NCBI GenBank assembly: GCA_964035545.1
Contig: OZ037773.1
Location: forward strand, 8,213,751 to 8,277,750
DNA: 64,000 bases
Direction of reading: 5' to 3'
Source: Bugula neritina
Lineage: Eukaryota > Animalia > Bryozoa
The position numbers and the translations under genes were made by a program. Below, one piece after another: positions 24,501 to 36,573 of the stretch. The first letter of the stretch is position 1. Each line of letters opens with the position of its first letter. Below the pieces are notes generated by a model, which was given only the letters and a program-made list of their open reading frames with translations, was not told where the DNA came from and made no database searches.

Positions 24501-27500
24501 CTGAAGTCATCTACAAGGACAACTAATGAGTATACAGAAGTGTAATCACCACCTGAGCCAGCGAATTTTCTAGTTAAATCTGTGGTCTTTTCTAATAAAT
24601 ATGCTAAATCATATTTATTTTATAAAAACTCCCACGGGTTTATAGTCACTATATCTGTGAGAAGCCCGGATGGAAAGGGTTTTTTTAAATCGGGCTGAAG
24701 ACTTATTCATATGTGGCACAGGAGCAATTATAACTGGATGCTCTTCCTAACATATCCAATGACCTTCACTAAAGATCAAACCCATGATTTTGGGTCTACT
24801 AAGACAGCACTGTAACCTTAGACCACGGCTATTACATATTCTATAGTTAAGTTAAAACTATAAACAGGGAGTTAATTCAACTTTATTTATGACTACTACT
24901 TTTAGCCAGTTATTCAGTTTCAACTATGATACAGCTCCGACTAATACTAAAATTTCAAATTCCACCGGCTTTCATTGAGAATTATGATTTTGAGGCTTGA
25001 TAAACACTAGTTGCAATATTCTATCACAAATGCTTCTGACCCAACAACTAGACAACAGTACAGAGACTAACAAAGTACATAACTCTGCACGTCTTAAATG
25101 GCAGGATACAGAGAGAGAGTAAGTAAAAGAGCAGTACCGTGTCTGGAATACCGTAGAGTTTCAGAGTGGCTGACGTAATAAATCCAAGAGTTCCTTCTGA
25201 GCCGACAAACAGATTGGTGAGGTTGTAACCCGCTGAGCTTTTGCTAGAGTAAGACACAGAAAGTAACTAGTACTCACAGTAACTAGTACTCACACAGTGA
25301 CTAGTACTCACAGTGACTAGTACTCACAGTGACTAGTACTCACACAGTAACTAGTACTCACAGTGACTAGTACTCACATAGTGACTAGTACTCACAGTAA
25401 CTAGTACTCACACAGTGACTAGTACTCACACAGTGACTAGTACTCACACAGTAACTAGTACTCACAGTGACTATTACTCACACAGTGTGGCGACCTTGAC
25501 CTGCTGTATGTATTACGGTCCCATCTGAGAGGACAACTTCCAAATTGCGGACATTTTCCCTCATAGTGCCATATCTGACAGCATTAGTGCCAGAAGCACT
25601 AGTGGCAGCCATTCCGCACAGACTTGCATCAGCACCGGGATCTAAATTACATGAAAACCTACAGAAACGAGAAACAGTGTTGACTGTATAGGATAGTGAA
25701 ATCTGTCTACAGCTGGGAAACACTTTCAATATTCAGACAGCAGCGGAAAGTTACTAGCAACGTTCAGATACGTCTAGCTGGCAATTATGCTGCCACTGTG
25801 CCAGGAATAACTTATTGAGTTGGATAGCAACAAGCATAGAGCAACAATCTGAATCTTTGAATTTATTGTCTACTCTTTGTCTTGTACTCTATCAAAATAT
25901 CAAAAATGGTTACATCCTGTACAAAAATATATACCTAAGAAGCCTTCAAATAATATCAACAAAAACAAAAACCTTAAAATTATAATGCCACTTACAAACA
26001 TCAGCTTTTTAGAACGTCTTCCTGGCAAGTGAACTATTAACACTTATAATGCAAACAAAAACAACATAACGAAAAGCCCAAAAAATAGCTAAATAAACTA
26101 CAAAAAGCTAACGCATACTTTCATTAAAATACTGGGCAAACAGCCAGGATTATCTCCCTGGCACAGCCACTACCTGAGTCAGAAGTATAGGCAGCACTGG
26201 CAGCAATTTAAATAGTTATGTTAGCTAACTCACTACATGTATATAGTGACTTACAGCAGACACACAGCAACAACAGAGTTGTTCATTCAATCATACTCAT
26301 TGTGTTGGCTATTTGTGACAAAACTAAAAGCAAAAATTTCATTTAAACTTGTTCATAAAGCAGAGCATCATTTCTTAAACTTGGCGAGCCAATGAAAAGT
26401 AAGACACACCAACAGGAAACCAGAGTCCATCTCCACGGAGGTACTCATTGAGAGCAAGTCTTGTCACGCCAGGTTCTACGCACACAGAGAAATCAGCGGG
26501 TTGGTACTCTCTAATCTCCGCCATTCTGCTGAGGTCTACACTGACTCCGCCCTGAACACCCAACAGCACACTAAACACCAGTTCAGAGCTCAAGTTTACA
26601 GTCACTGCTAATTATACTAGATATTGACTCACGTGTGTGCAAACACAGCCCCCCTCCATCCCTGTTCCAGTGCCAAAAGGCACCATAGCAACTTTCATGT
26701 CGGTACACACTTTAGCTACATTACTGACTTCCTGTATGTTACTGGGGAACACCACAATGTCGGGCATCTGTGCTCTAACGACATAAATATCTCACCTTAT
26801 TGCACGACCAATTCATACCTGTGTGTAAGCTATGAGCATAAAAGTTGAAATGTCAAAAATATGCAAAACGGTATCATTAAACTATCAATTTAATACCGTA
26901 TACTTGTCATGGTGACAAATCATAGTCGAATACAGACTCATACTAACTCGGCTCATATTTTTATCATCAATGATAGCTTAGATATTCTGTTAGTTCGTGT
27001 TTTGTCACACTAACTTAACATCAGAAATAAGCCCTTCCACCCGAATAAAGACATACTTGTGTGCGAGTTAATTTAAATGGCTTTGAAATAAATAGGGCTA
27101 ATGTAGGATACAAACTTGATTTAATTATTTATAGAGCAACTAGCGTACTCGACATGATACGACTTCAATTTGAAGTCCTGCTACTAATACATATCATTGA
27201 ACAAAGAATCCTGTAACAACAAATTTCGGAGTTGTTTACTCAAGATAGAGAAATCAGTCTAACCTATGGTGGGACTCATCCTTCCCGTGCTGTAACCTTG
27301 TAGATTCAGCAGTTGAAATATTCGGTGGTCCAACTACTTCACAAAGCCTTTCTTTCAATACCTAAAGGTGGAACACAAATAAAGAATACATGAATCGATC
27401 ATAATGATACTATAAATATTATCAGTATTACAAATAAAATATAGTTAAATTAGTTTTTGCAGAAAAAACTAACCTGTAAGTCTTCGTTGTTAAAACTAGA

Positions 27501-27656
27501 TGTCTTAGAAAAAAAGCGTTGCGATAATGGTAAGCTAAAGGGTTTTATATGAGCATAAAGTGAACGATTGAAATTGTTAAAATTGGAACTGAAATTAAAT
27601 GGCTGCTTAAAAATAACTTGCCGATATCTAGTAGACCAGCTGAAACTAAAGCGCAT
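21505..27656 (-). CDS. LDHD: D-lactate dehydrogenase, mitochondrial (FAD-linked oxidase), ~519 aa, 12 exons
   Basis: Exons 27656-27474, 27361-27264, 26774-26633, 26551-26410, 25641-25482, 25243-25138, 24510-24417, 23809-23681, 23379-23252, 23130-23034, 22289-22178, 21673-21505 total 1560 nt. There is an Arg/Ser/Phe-rich transit peptide and the motifs [81 protein letters not shown] and MNPGKVL. Confidence 0.96.
22575..22825 (+). repeat. TATACAA-based minisatellite
   Basis: Repeats of GAGTATACAATGTATACAATCTATACAATATACA. Confidence 0.85.
23420..23610 (+). mobile_element. SINE-like element (copy 2, 5'-truncated) in an LDHD intron
   Basis: GGTTAGAGCGCTTGCTTAGTAAACATGAGGTCATGGGTACGAACGCC...CATTGGTGATGTTAGGAAG aligns with 17710-17900. 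Confidence 0.7.
23851..24442 (-). repeat. 30-bp tandem repeat (19 full units plus the exonic copy) that copies the LDHD exon-7 end and splice donor
   Basis: Unit on the - strand is GTGTGGTGTAGCAGTAGCRAGGATAG|GTAA; it translates as [10 protein letters not shown]. Confidence 0.97.
24622..24832 (-). mobile_element. SINE-like element (copy 3) in an LDHD intron
   Basis: Reverse complement AGCCGTGGTCTAAGGTTAC...TGTTAGGAAGAGCATCCAGTTATAATTGCTCCTG...TTCTCACAGATATAGTGACTATAAACCCGTGGGAG matches copy 1. Confidence 0.7.
25262..25490 (-). repeat. 18-20-bp tandem repeat filling LDHD intron 5 and reiterating its donor
   Basis: Unit CACTGT(GT)GAGTACTAGT on the - strand matches the true junction CACTGT|GTGAGT at 25482/25481. 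Confidence 0.9.
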
Positions 27657-29207
27657 TTTGATTATGACAGTGAGTCCTAAATTTATTCATAAACTTAATA
27701 GTTAAGCATTTTATTTGGTAGCCCACTAAAACTGTCAACCACTTGTGAATTAATTTACTTAATTCTACTAAATCTAAGCTTCAGTCTGAGTCTGAACTAA
27801 AAGCAAATCTTTAGCTCTAATAGTATCACTAACTGTAAGTTGAAGCTCAACCTCTGATGATTTACTTTTATTTATGTTATTTTCATTTTTATGTTAAACA
27901 ACTATTCTAATTAAAATTATCTATTCCAAAGTTCAACTACAATCATTAATGCTGTGAATTAAGTAGAGTAACTCAGTGGTTGGTGCAAAAATGCGTGACT
28001 GGCGAGCTTATCTTTAAATATAATGTTGTACATCGAACTCTTTTCCAGCTCAGTGATGTTGTAGCTTGGTCTCCGGATGTAGGAAAATCCCACCACAGAC
28101 CGAGTTCAACGTATTTGCACGCCTTTGTTGAAATTTCCATCAAATGTAATCAATAAGCTATTGAAAATTTAAAGATTTTAGGTTATACAACAGCGCGAGC
28201 TGAGTTTCGCTATTATTGACTAGCGTGAGATAGTTTTTAGAAAAGACAACTTTCCAGTAATTATTATCAAATGAACTATCAACTGATTATGATCGCGTGA
28301 CAATTAATGTTTGTTTTGACAGTATTAGTTGCTTCTTTTCAGAATTTCAAAATTACTGATAGCTAAAATCAGCCTCACACTAGTCTCAGAGTTAGAAAAA
28401 CTGACGATACAAAGCATTTTATTAGGCACCCCAATTGCCACTAATTGCAAAATTATCATTTATTTGGAGAACTCTATACTCAAGTTAATTTATATATGAA
28501 TAATTCTAGCCGTTCAAGTAAAATGAACATTGTATCTCGGAGAAAAGCGCAGATGATTATTAGTGTTGGTTGTATGAAAATCAACAATTAGCTCTAAGCA
28601 TGTCCCTGCAGCTATGAAGTGAGAAATGAGGGCTCAGATGGTTATATATAATGTTAGAATCTAAATACCAACACATACTGCCTATGCTTTAAAATAATAA
28701 GCAATGAATCTTCTGGCAGTTTAACCCGACTGGAGAGAAGACATCAAATCTATTTTTAGAAACATAAATAAAGCCTATTCAGTTGGTCCAATATAAAATG
28801 AAATGTTGACAACCAACCAATGTGTTGAGTTGTTTTAAAATAATTCACCAATAGTGCATTAGTTTTAAGATGAGTTGAATGGTATATTTCATTAATTTAC
28901 CAAAAGGAAAAAAATAACACAAAATTCAACAATAATATAAGTTGAATGAACATGCGTATTCTATAAATCAAAATAATGCATCACTATTATCAACAAATAA
29001 AACTATTTACAGTGCAATAAAGCAATATAATAAAGCAATATAATAACTGGTAAAATACACCTAAAGCACAACTAAAACAACAATATACATGCATAGCATA
29101 CCAGATAAATCTGTACATGAAAGCTTTAGAACTCTACTTTGGTGAAAAGTAAAACAAATTATAAATTTGATTGTTAGGAATTGTCCCCCCACGCTAATTG
29201 GCATGCC

Positions 29208-32200
29208 TTAGAATACATATGGAATGATCCTGTAGGGCACCTTCTTGCAGTAGGAGTCCCACGCCAATCCATATTTCTGTTTACAATACGCTTCATCACG
29301 AATCTGCCTGTGCACCAGGAGTATGAAGAAGTATATGGGGTAGAAGTAGGGGAGGAGATGGGTCGTCCCTGAAATATTCACATTATGAAATAATACCACA
29401 TACTATTAAAGTTCTACACTATAATATAATGTATTATTTAAGTACTATACTATAATATATTAATTAAGTTCTATCAACTCACCACATGTTAGACTCCAAG
29501 CCGTAGCCATAAGAATATCTCCCAGATAGTTGGGACGTCTGCAAATGCCCCAGTAACCAGCACAGAGGAGCTTTTTCCCTGCTGAGGTAGGAATAGTGGC
29601 TAAGTGGGCCACTGATGAGTCATTGGGGTTGTTACGGAACACATCTTTTTGGGAGTTGGCTCCCCGGAATATTATGTAACCAGCGGCTAAGAATAGAGAT
29701 GAGGTGAGAGTAATATATATGACTACAGAGAGCTATAGTAATATATATGACTACAGAGTAACACAGGAATAGCATGTAATACCTTTCACTATGCCGATAG
29801 CCACCAATCCATAGACATTGCTCACTGCTAACTCGGGGAAGTTGTAGATAAAATGAGCCTGGAGTGTGTAGAGAGCTGGAACCCATGCTAAGTCTCCAAA
29901 AGCTAACATGAAGCCAAAGCCTTCCGTGATGATGTCCATCGTGGTCAGAATTGAGGACTAGTAACATGTAAATGCTCACAGTGAAGGTGAACATAAAGAT
30001 AAACAAAGTTTTATAAATGCATAAATTTAATTATACAAAAAAGAAATTATGTAAAAGCATTTAAGCATTTATCTGAGCTAAAATGTCTGTTGAGGTAATT
30101 AGTTCTACTATGAAGAGCCAAGAACTAAAAACAGATTCTTTTATTTTACTAGCTTGTGTTGGTGTATCTATTTACTATGAAAATGGCGCTAAGTTTTGAC
30201 CTTGAGCATATATTAGGTCAAGGCCAAATATCAGTAAAATAAATAAAATGTTTGTAGCACAACTCTCTGTAATAAAACGTCAGACTACCTCATGTTTCAG
30301 CGCATCAAACACGTAAATAGTCTGGAATAGAGTAACCAAGGCTAGGGCGGGGGTGACGCCCCCGCTCTGCTGGTACTGGCTGGCACACAGACTCCAGTCT
30401 ATCAACATCCAGCCAATCAGACCAGGTCTCAGCTCGCACATGAACTTCAGGTCCAAACTGCCTACTCGGGGGTTCAGCTCACGTCCCATAAAGAAATCAT
30501 TAAACACAGAGCCTACAACACCATAGTTTAGTAGGTACAAGAGAGAAATAGAACTCATTGCCTTCTTACGCCACATGGAGCAAATTTCTGCACCAGATGC
30601 TAGCAAGCTCTTGGCACAGGGGGCAAAGGTAGGCTGAACAAGTTCTCATAGTAGCAATCTAATTGACTGAGTCCACTTTTGTGTTTCAGTTTTACGCTTT
30701 TATTTCAACCACAGCCAGATACAATTAGCATTTCATTGCTGCTACAATTTCGCATGTAAAATTCTACTTCATGTGGCTTAACCTTTAATATACAACAAAC
30801 CAATTAGACAAGTGACAAGAATCAGAGCCATGTATGCAGACACTGACAAGCACCTGTGCCAAGTGTCAGACAGCAGATATGGCATGCTTAGTGAAAAGTG
30901 AGTTGACAACTTTCACAGTTACAGAATACTTAACCAGACAGGTCTGCACTGAAGCTAAGTTAATCATACCTGTAGCCTCGGGGGCTAGTTCACTGTCGGG
31001 GACATAGAGGGCGTGTATATAGAGCCCCACAGCCAACACAAAGGAGTATACAATGCTAGCAGTGACAAACTGCAGCCAGTGCTTGGTTATGTAGTCCATG
31101 GGGGCACCTTGATAGAGTGCCACAGCAAATATCAGAACAGAGATGAGGAGAGCCAGGAAACCTACAAGATAGGCATAACATTACGTGCTCTGTGTGAGGA
31201 AAGACTATCATAGCAGGACAGTGTGACAGTAGATTGTTGTCATCTCCAGCTGTGGTGAAGCTTAATTTAAATGGCATTGACTTTGCATATATGAGGGGGA
31301 GGTGAGAACGTAAAGTATGCGTGTGCATTTTATTGTTTATCAAATGGTGCTATTCCAGGATACTCTAGTTACTACTATATCTCATAGTATTCTAGTATAT
31401 TATATTATATTACAGTATATTATAGTATATTATATGACATTACAGTATATTATATTACAGTATATTATAGTATATTATATTACATTACAGTATATTATAT
31501 TATATTATAGTATATTATATTACATTACAGTATATTATAGTATATTATATTATATTACAACATATTACAGTATATTACATTATATTACAGTACAGTGTGA
31601 GTTTATATTCAGCTAAAATGCTCCAGCAGTTGAATATGCAAATGAAAGACATCATGAGTGGAAGAGGGACATAAAGCTTGTATTACATAGCTAGAAGTAG
31701 ACCCTCAGTAACTAACCATTGCACCTGTAGAGAAGCCTCTTTCCACCTTTGAGCGGCTGCCCCATCACCTGGGGGCCCACAGGCAGCAGTGCCAGAAGCA
31801 CCTGCAGCAGGTACCAGCTGAGCACAACTCCAAACACTTTCACATCAAAGTAGTCTTTTATATCCATGGAGAAGGAAGGAAGTCTGGTGATAACACAGCC
31901 ATTTCTCTGTGGGAGAAAGTATACAAACAGGGGATGACAACTTCACACAGACTAAAGGAGGCAAGAAGTAGTTACAGCTGTGAATATCTGGGATCTATTC
32001 AATTGCTGACATTATACACCACACTAGGTTAGCACTTTACCACCACAACTACTACCACAGCTACTGTTACCATACCACTGTTATTATTTGGTAATAAGAT
32101 TGCTTGGATTTAAAGTAGATATCAGTTTATTGGTAAACGTGTTGCAGCATTTGTATAAGCAAGAATGACAATCTAGGTAGGAAACGACATCTACCACCAC

Positions 32201-35200
32201 AGCTACCACCACAGCTACCACCACAGCTACCACCACATCTACCACCACATCTACCACCACATCTACCACCACATCTACTACCGCAACTATCATAATTAGC
32301 AAACGAATATTCATGAGTAAAAGCAGTCAGCCTTTAAAACTCAGTTTCTGACAGCTAGTAAAAATTCTGAATAGAAAATGTTTGCAACTTGGCATAGTCA
32401 GAGTGATATGCAGAAGGGAGGGTGGCTGACTGAGAGCCCGCACTCTACTCTGGTTCAGGAAATACCTTGTCACATGCTATCACTACGGCGTAGACTAGTG
32501 CAGGAAGTAGAACTGACAAAGCAGCTCCGCCTACTGCTCCTCCGAACCCGATGACGTCATGTTGACTAGTCACTTCCTGTTTAGCTGGTGGCGTGGTTGA
32601 TGACGAGTTGCCGTTAGTTTTTAGTCTATTTCGTACCATAGTAACCTCTTCTTCCAGCTGGCAAACAGTAAGAGTTACTCAATAATAAGCCTTAGTGTAT
32701 AGTGCCCTAGTAGGGGGGTCTGCCTCACCACCCTACCTGTAGCTGATGGGGTAGGAGCTACACTACATACTCAGTATATCACTTGATCAACTCATTGCCA
32801 TTCAATCAGAGGTTAATGTACACCAATTACATAATAACACTGGCTAATAAAAGATGTGTAGTCAGTTTCAGACTGTTGATTGTAGTTATTCACACTGAGT
32901 ATTACTAACTGTAGTCTGACTAGATGTAAGATTGATTACACCATTCACTCACCTCAACTCCTTAATCTCAATGACAAATTACTGCTAACACCGGTGTAAG
33001 TGCAGTTCAAAGTGTGAAGAAGTTTAGCTAAAATATGCTTGTACTGCAGTTTAAGGGGGGGATACTCACACACCCGAACTTTATTCAAACACAATGTATG
33101 TAGAAATGAGGCTATCTGTTATGAAAGTCAAGATCAGCTTATATTGTAGCACGTACAGCTGTGAGCTGATAATCAATCAGCCAATCAAATCACACCTCAT
33201 GGAACGTGAGAATGGCCATCAAGTTGTTACTAATAGGGTATATAACTCCAACTTGACCATCATACCAAGTAGGTTGTAGAGTGTAGGGCATAGAGACAGC
33301 AAATATAGGGACTCAGTCTATAAACTGTAGACAGTAACTGACTTATACAACCCAAGGCTAATCATACTGGCTTTTTTAGCTTATAAACTTAGTAAACAAA
33401 CCAAAAACACAGGTGACCCCCATTGTTGCAAGTTTATATTAAAACTAGCGTACATATTACATAAGAGCTGATGAGATAACTACCAAACATGTTCATCATC
33501 ATTATCTCACATAATCTCATAAAATCTCACCTGTTTCCTGATTTTTTCTTGCAGTCTCAGACTAGCTCTAATCGGAGTGTCAGGGTCATCGTGAGATTTA
33601 AAGGCGGAGTCAGTTAAGACATTTTTGCGACTTGCACTCAGTGACCTACTTTTACGAATCGTTTCTGGCTTTGCAGGCGGAGAAGAGGTCTTTGTTTTGT
33701 TTGCTGAGCGAGACTTGGATACACTACGACCTCTAGAGCGCGACCTTGGCCTTCCTCTGTTAGCCTAGAATCATGTGACTAATATATAACTATCACATTG
33801 ATACCGAAAGTCTAAGAAACACAACTATTGCTTTTGATTTAAAAATATAACAAAGACTGGTCAACTTTTTAGCTTCATTGTTAGGATTAGAAGCTATTGT
33901 CTATGATGCTTGAAAAATACATTGCATATGTGCAGTACAAACAGTCATCCCTAAAACAGTTTATATAAGCTTTCAGTGGCCATGAATGCATTTTACTTGG
34001 GGAAAAAGAAACTGCATAATACTACATTTAAAGTGCATTTTGTACTGTGTCTGTAATATTAGTATTCCAACACATTTTTTTATTGAAAATAAAGTTTTTT
34101 TTCAAAGCTGCAAGAACTTAGCTGCTAATTTGTAGCAGCTTTCAGTATATTACACATGAAGAGTATGTCACGTATCAACATCCCAGCTGGATATCAGCCA
34201 TGTTGGCTAATAATTCATTGTCTGCAGCAGCCATGTTGAAATCGTTAACTAGACTTTAGGGTTTTAATTCACATGCTACAAGCTTCTGAAATTCAAACAT
34301 TTAAAAATCATGGAAATACTATCTTTACTTTTACCAATGTATGCAGAGCTGTTATGATATTTGCCAAATTTTAGATAGAAAATAAGATAACCTCTCTCAT
34401 AGCGCTAAATTCATAGAGATCAAGCAGAAATCTCTGAGTCGAAAAATAAAAGTCCAAGCAAAATATATCAAAGTAGAGGCAATAATTTAGTAGGATAATT
34501 CCAAAATCAAATACAAATCTCGGGTTATAACTTATAAGCAGTTCAAAGTGGCACAAAAAACTCATATGTCACTGACTCAGCTTATACAATAGAAGCCCTG
34601 GAAGTCTGGAGCAATAATAGCAAATCAATGAAGTGAAATGCAATAATTTACGACACTTGCTTAAACAATGTTTGAATGTTGTGTTCGCTACTTAGCAACT
34701 AGTAAATGCATTGTGATTCGTAGAGTTTTAGCACTTAACTTGAAACAAAAAAATCTTTTAGAAACCAGGCAAATATAGTTTATGTATTTAAAAACTTCAA
34801 TAGATATTTTCTAGAAACAGCCAGTTAGAGCTGATAAAAAGCAAAAAAACCCTTAAAATTTTGGAAAAACATTTTTTAAACATAATCAAAACTAAAGTAA
34901 ATTTAAAAGCAATAAAATATCAGCAATTGGGTTTTTTTTAATAACTGTGAAAATTATTAGTCAAATTTTCCTTTTTTGACAAATTTAAAATGCTGAAGAT
35001 AAAAAACTATCACTGCTATGATGCTTAAACATTTATTTAATTCTATCATATGCTTCATCAAACTAGAATAGTCTGAATAAAATCATTCTCCAGAAAAATA
35101 GCCTTGCATACATGAATATTTAACTTTAAGTTAGTTATTAATCATTACTAGATGAACAATCAATTTAACTTGACTTTCATGGTTACTGTAAGTTTCAACA

Positions 35201-35452
35201 TTTGAAAGTGTTTATTTGCCTTCAAAAAATAAATTGGTATGGCTTATTGAAATTTTTATTCCAACAAGTTGCTGACTAATTAGTAATCCTCATTACTAAA
35301 TTCATCAATTCAAAACAAACAATAACACTGCTAATAGAAAATAAAATTATTACCAATATTTATTTTTCTTAGCCACTCTGTAAGTGTAAGTGTTGGTTAA
35401 AACAAACTATTTTATTTCTAATAATCAACTTGTTTTTAGTTTCACTTACCAT
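29208..35452 (-). CDS. LBR: Lamin B receptor-like / delta(14)-sterol reductase (ERG4/ERG24 family) with N-terminal RS-rich region, ~524 aa
   Basis: Exons 35452-35450 (ATG|gtaagt, in-frame TAA upstream), 33764-33531 ([20 protein letters not shown]...), 32657-32466, 31906-31717, 31161-30970, 30512-30289, 29957-29783, 29686-29483, 29368-29208 total 1575 nt. Motifs: [78 protein letters not shown]. The two 5' exons are less certain than the reductase exons. Confidence 0.88.
31380..31592 (+). repeat. AT-rich low-complexity tandem repeat (TATATTACAGTATAT-like)
   Basis: Direct reading. Confidence 0.8.
32188..32282 (+). repeat. 12-bp repeat (CTACCACCACAK)n
   Basis: Direct reading; it explains the poly-Val ORF 32084..32314. 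Confidence 0.85.
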
Positions 35453-36573
35453 TTCGAGTTTGAGTTCTTAGGTAGTCACAGACCCAATAATTTTAAACGT
35501 AACAGCAACTGTAAAATATATTAAAATTGTAAGTATATTCTGTGAAACGAATTTTTTTTGTCAGTTTAAGTTTTACTTAACAATGAATGCAAGTCATAGA
35601 TCATAGACGTAAAATGATTATAAAGACCATACGCTCAAAAACAGAACAGCAAGTCGATAACAATTGAAACACCAACACTATAAGTGTAAGAGTAACAATT
35701 TGAATTACCATCAGAATGAGAATATGAATATGAAAACCAATTCAATTGCAAATTGAAATAGTTTCAAATACTGAAATTTTCAAATAATTATAGTGACACC
35801 TACTACTTACTAGAATGTGACTTGAAATCACTATGGCTATTAACAATAAATTACTATCAGTTATCACTATCATAAAACTGCATTAGCAATTTAAATAATT
35901 AGCTACAAATGTTTTAATTTAAATTATTGAATTGCTACCAGTATGACTGTAACAACGCGCCTTATCTTGAGTTTACTACGTCTACTGTAGTAGCGTATCG
36001 TAGAAAAGGTTTAACTGGGCACAGTAGTTTCCCGCTGCTTAATTACTTTGCTGGCGTAACAAATTCACGAAATATTATTGGTGCTATGCGGCCATTATTG
36101 TCTTTGGATCGCAATCTACGTTTTCAATCTTTTAACCAATTATAGTGATTCCAACCAAATCCGTGAAATCAAGTACACGCCCACGGCGTTTCCTAGGAAG
36201 CTTTCAATGGAAGGCACATATTGCAATGCTAAGAAAGGAACTTTGTAACAATCTTCGGTTGTCAACCTAATCTTTTTAGCACTCCGCAGTTCAAAAGTCG
36301 TAATTTCCAATCATGGGAAATTCCATTTCATCACCATCATTGCTGCAAATCAATTTTTCAAGCAAAGCCATTCATCCGGAACTTTCCCGCCCCTTGTGAC
36401 CAAGGTAGATAAACAGCAGTTTAGTCCCGGAGTGATAGTCCTGCATTGCTTCACACCACTTATAGCCTACCATATCTATTATATTATTTAAATACAACTG
36501 TTGCTTCTTGTAAAATATAAGGAGCTGCTATAGTCTAGTTACTAGACTATAGTGGCTAGAGCACTAGCCTAGT

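Noticed and set aside
23835-24545. 236-aa Leu/His-repeat ORF on the + strand and the full 241-aa [13 protein letters not shown] as stand-alone proteins
   Set aside because: Both are open only because the 30-bp unit has no stop codon. Only 24510-24417 is a normal LDHD exon.
23851-25490. Regular arrays superficially resembling CRISPR
   Set aside because: They are head-to-tail repeats without unique spacers, in a eukaryotic intron, with no cas genes.
32953-33000. Strong minus-strand donor (GAG|GTGAGT) suggesting an extra LBR coding exon
   Set aside because: There are stops close upstream in all three frames; at most it is an alternative non-coding first exon.
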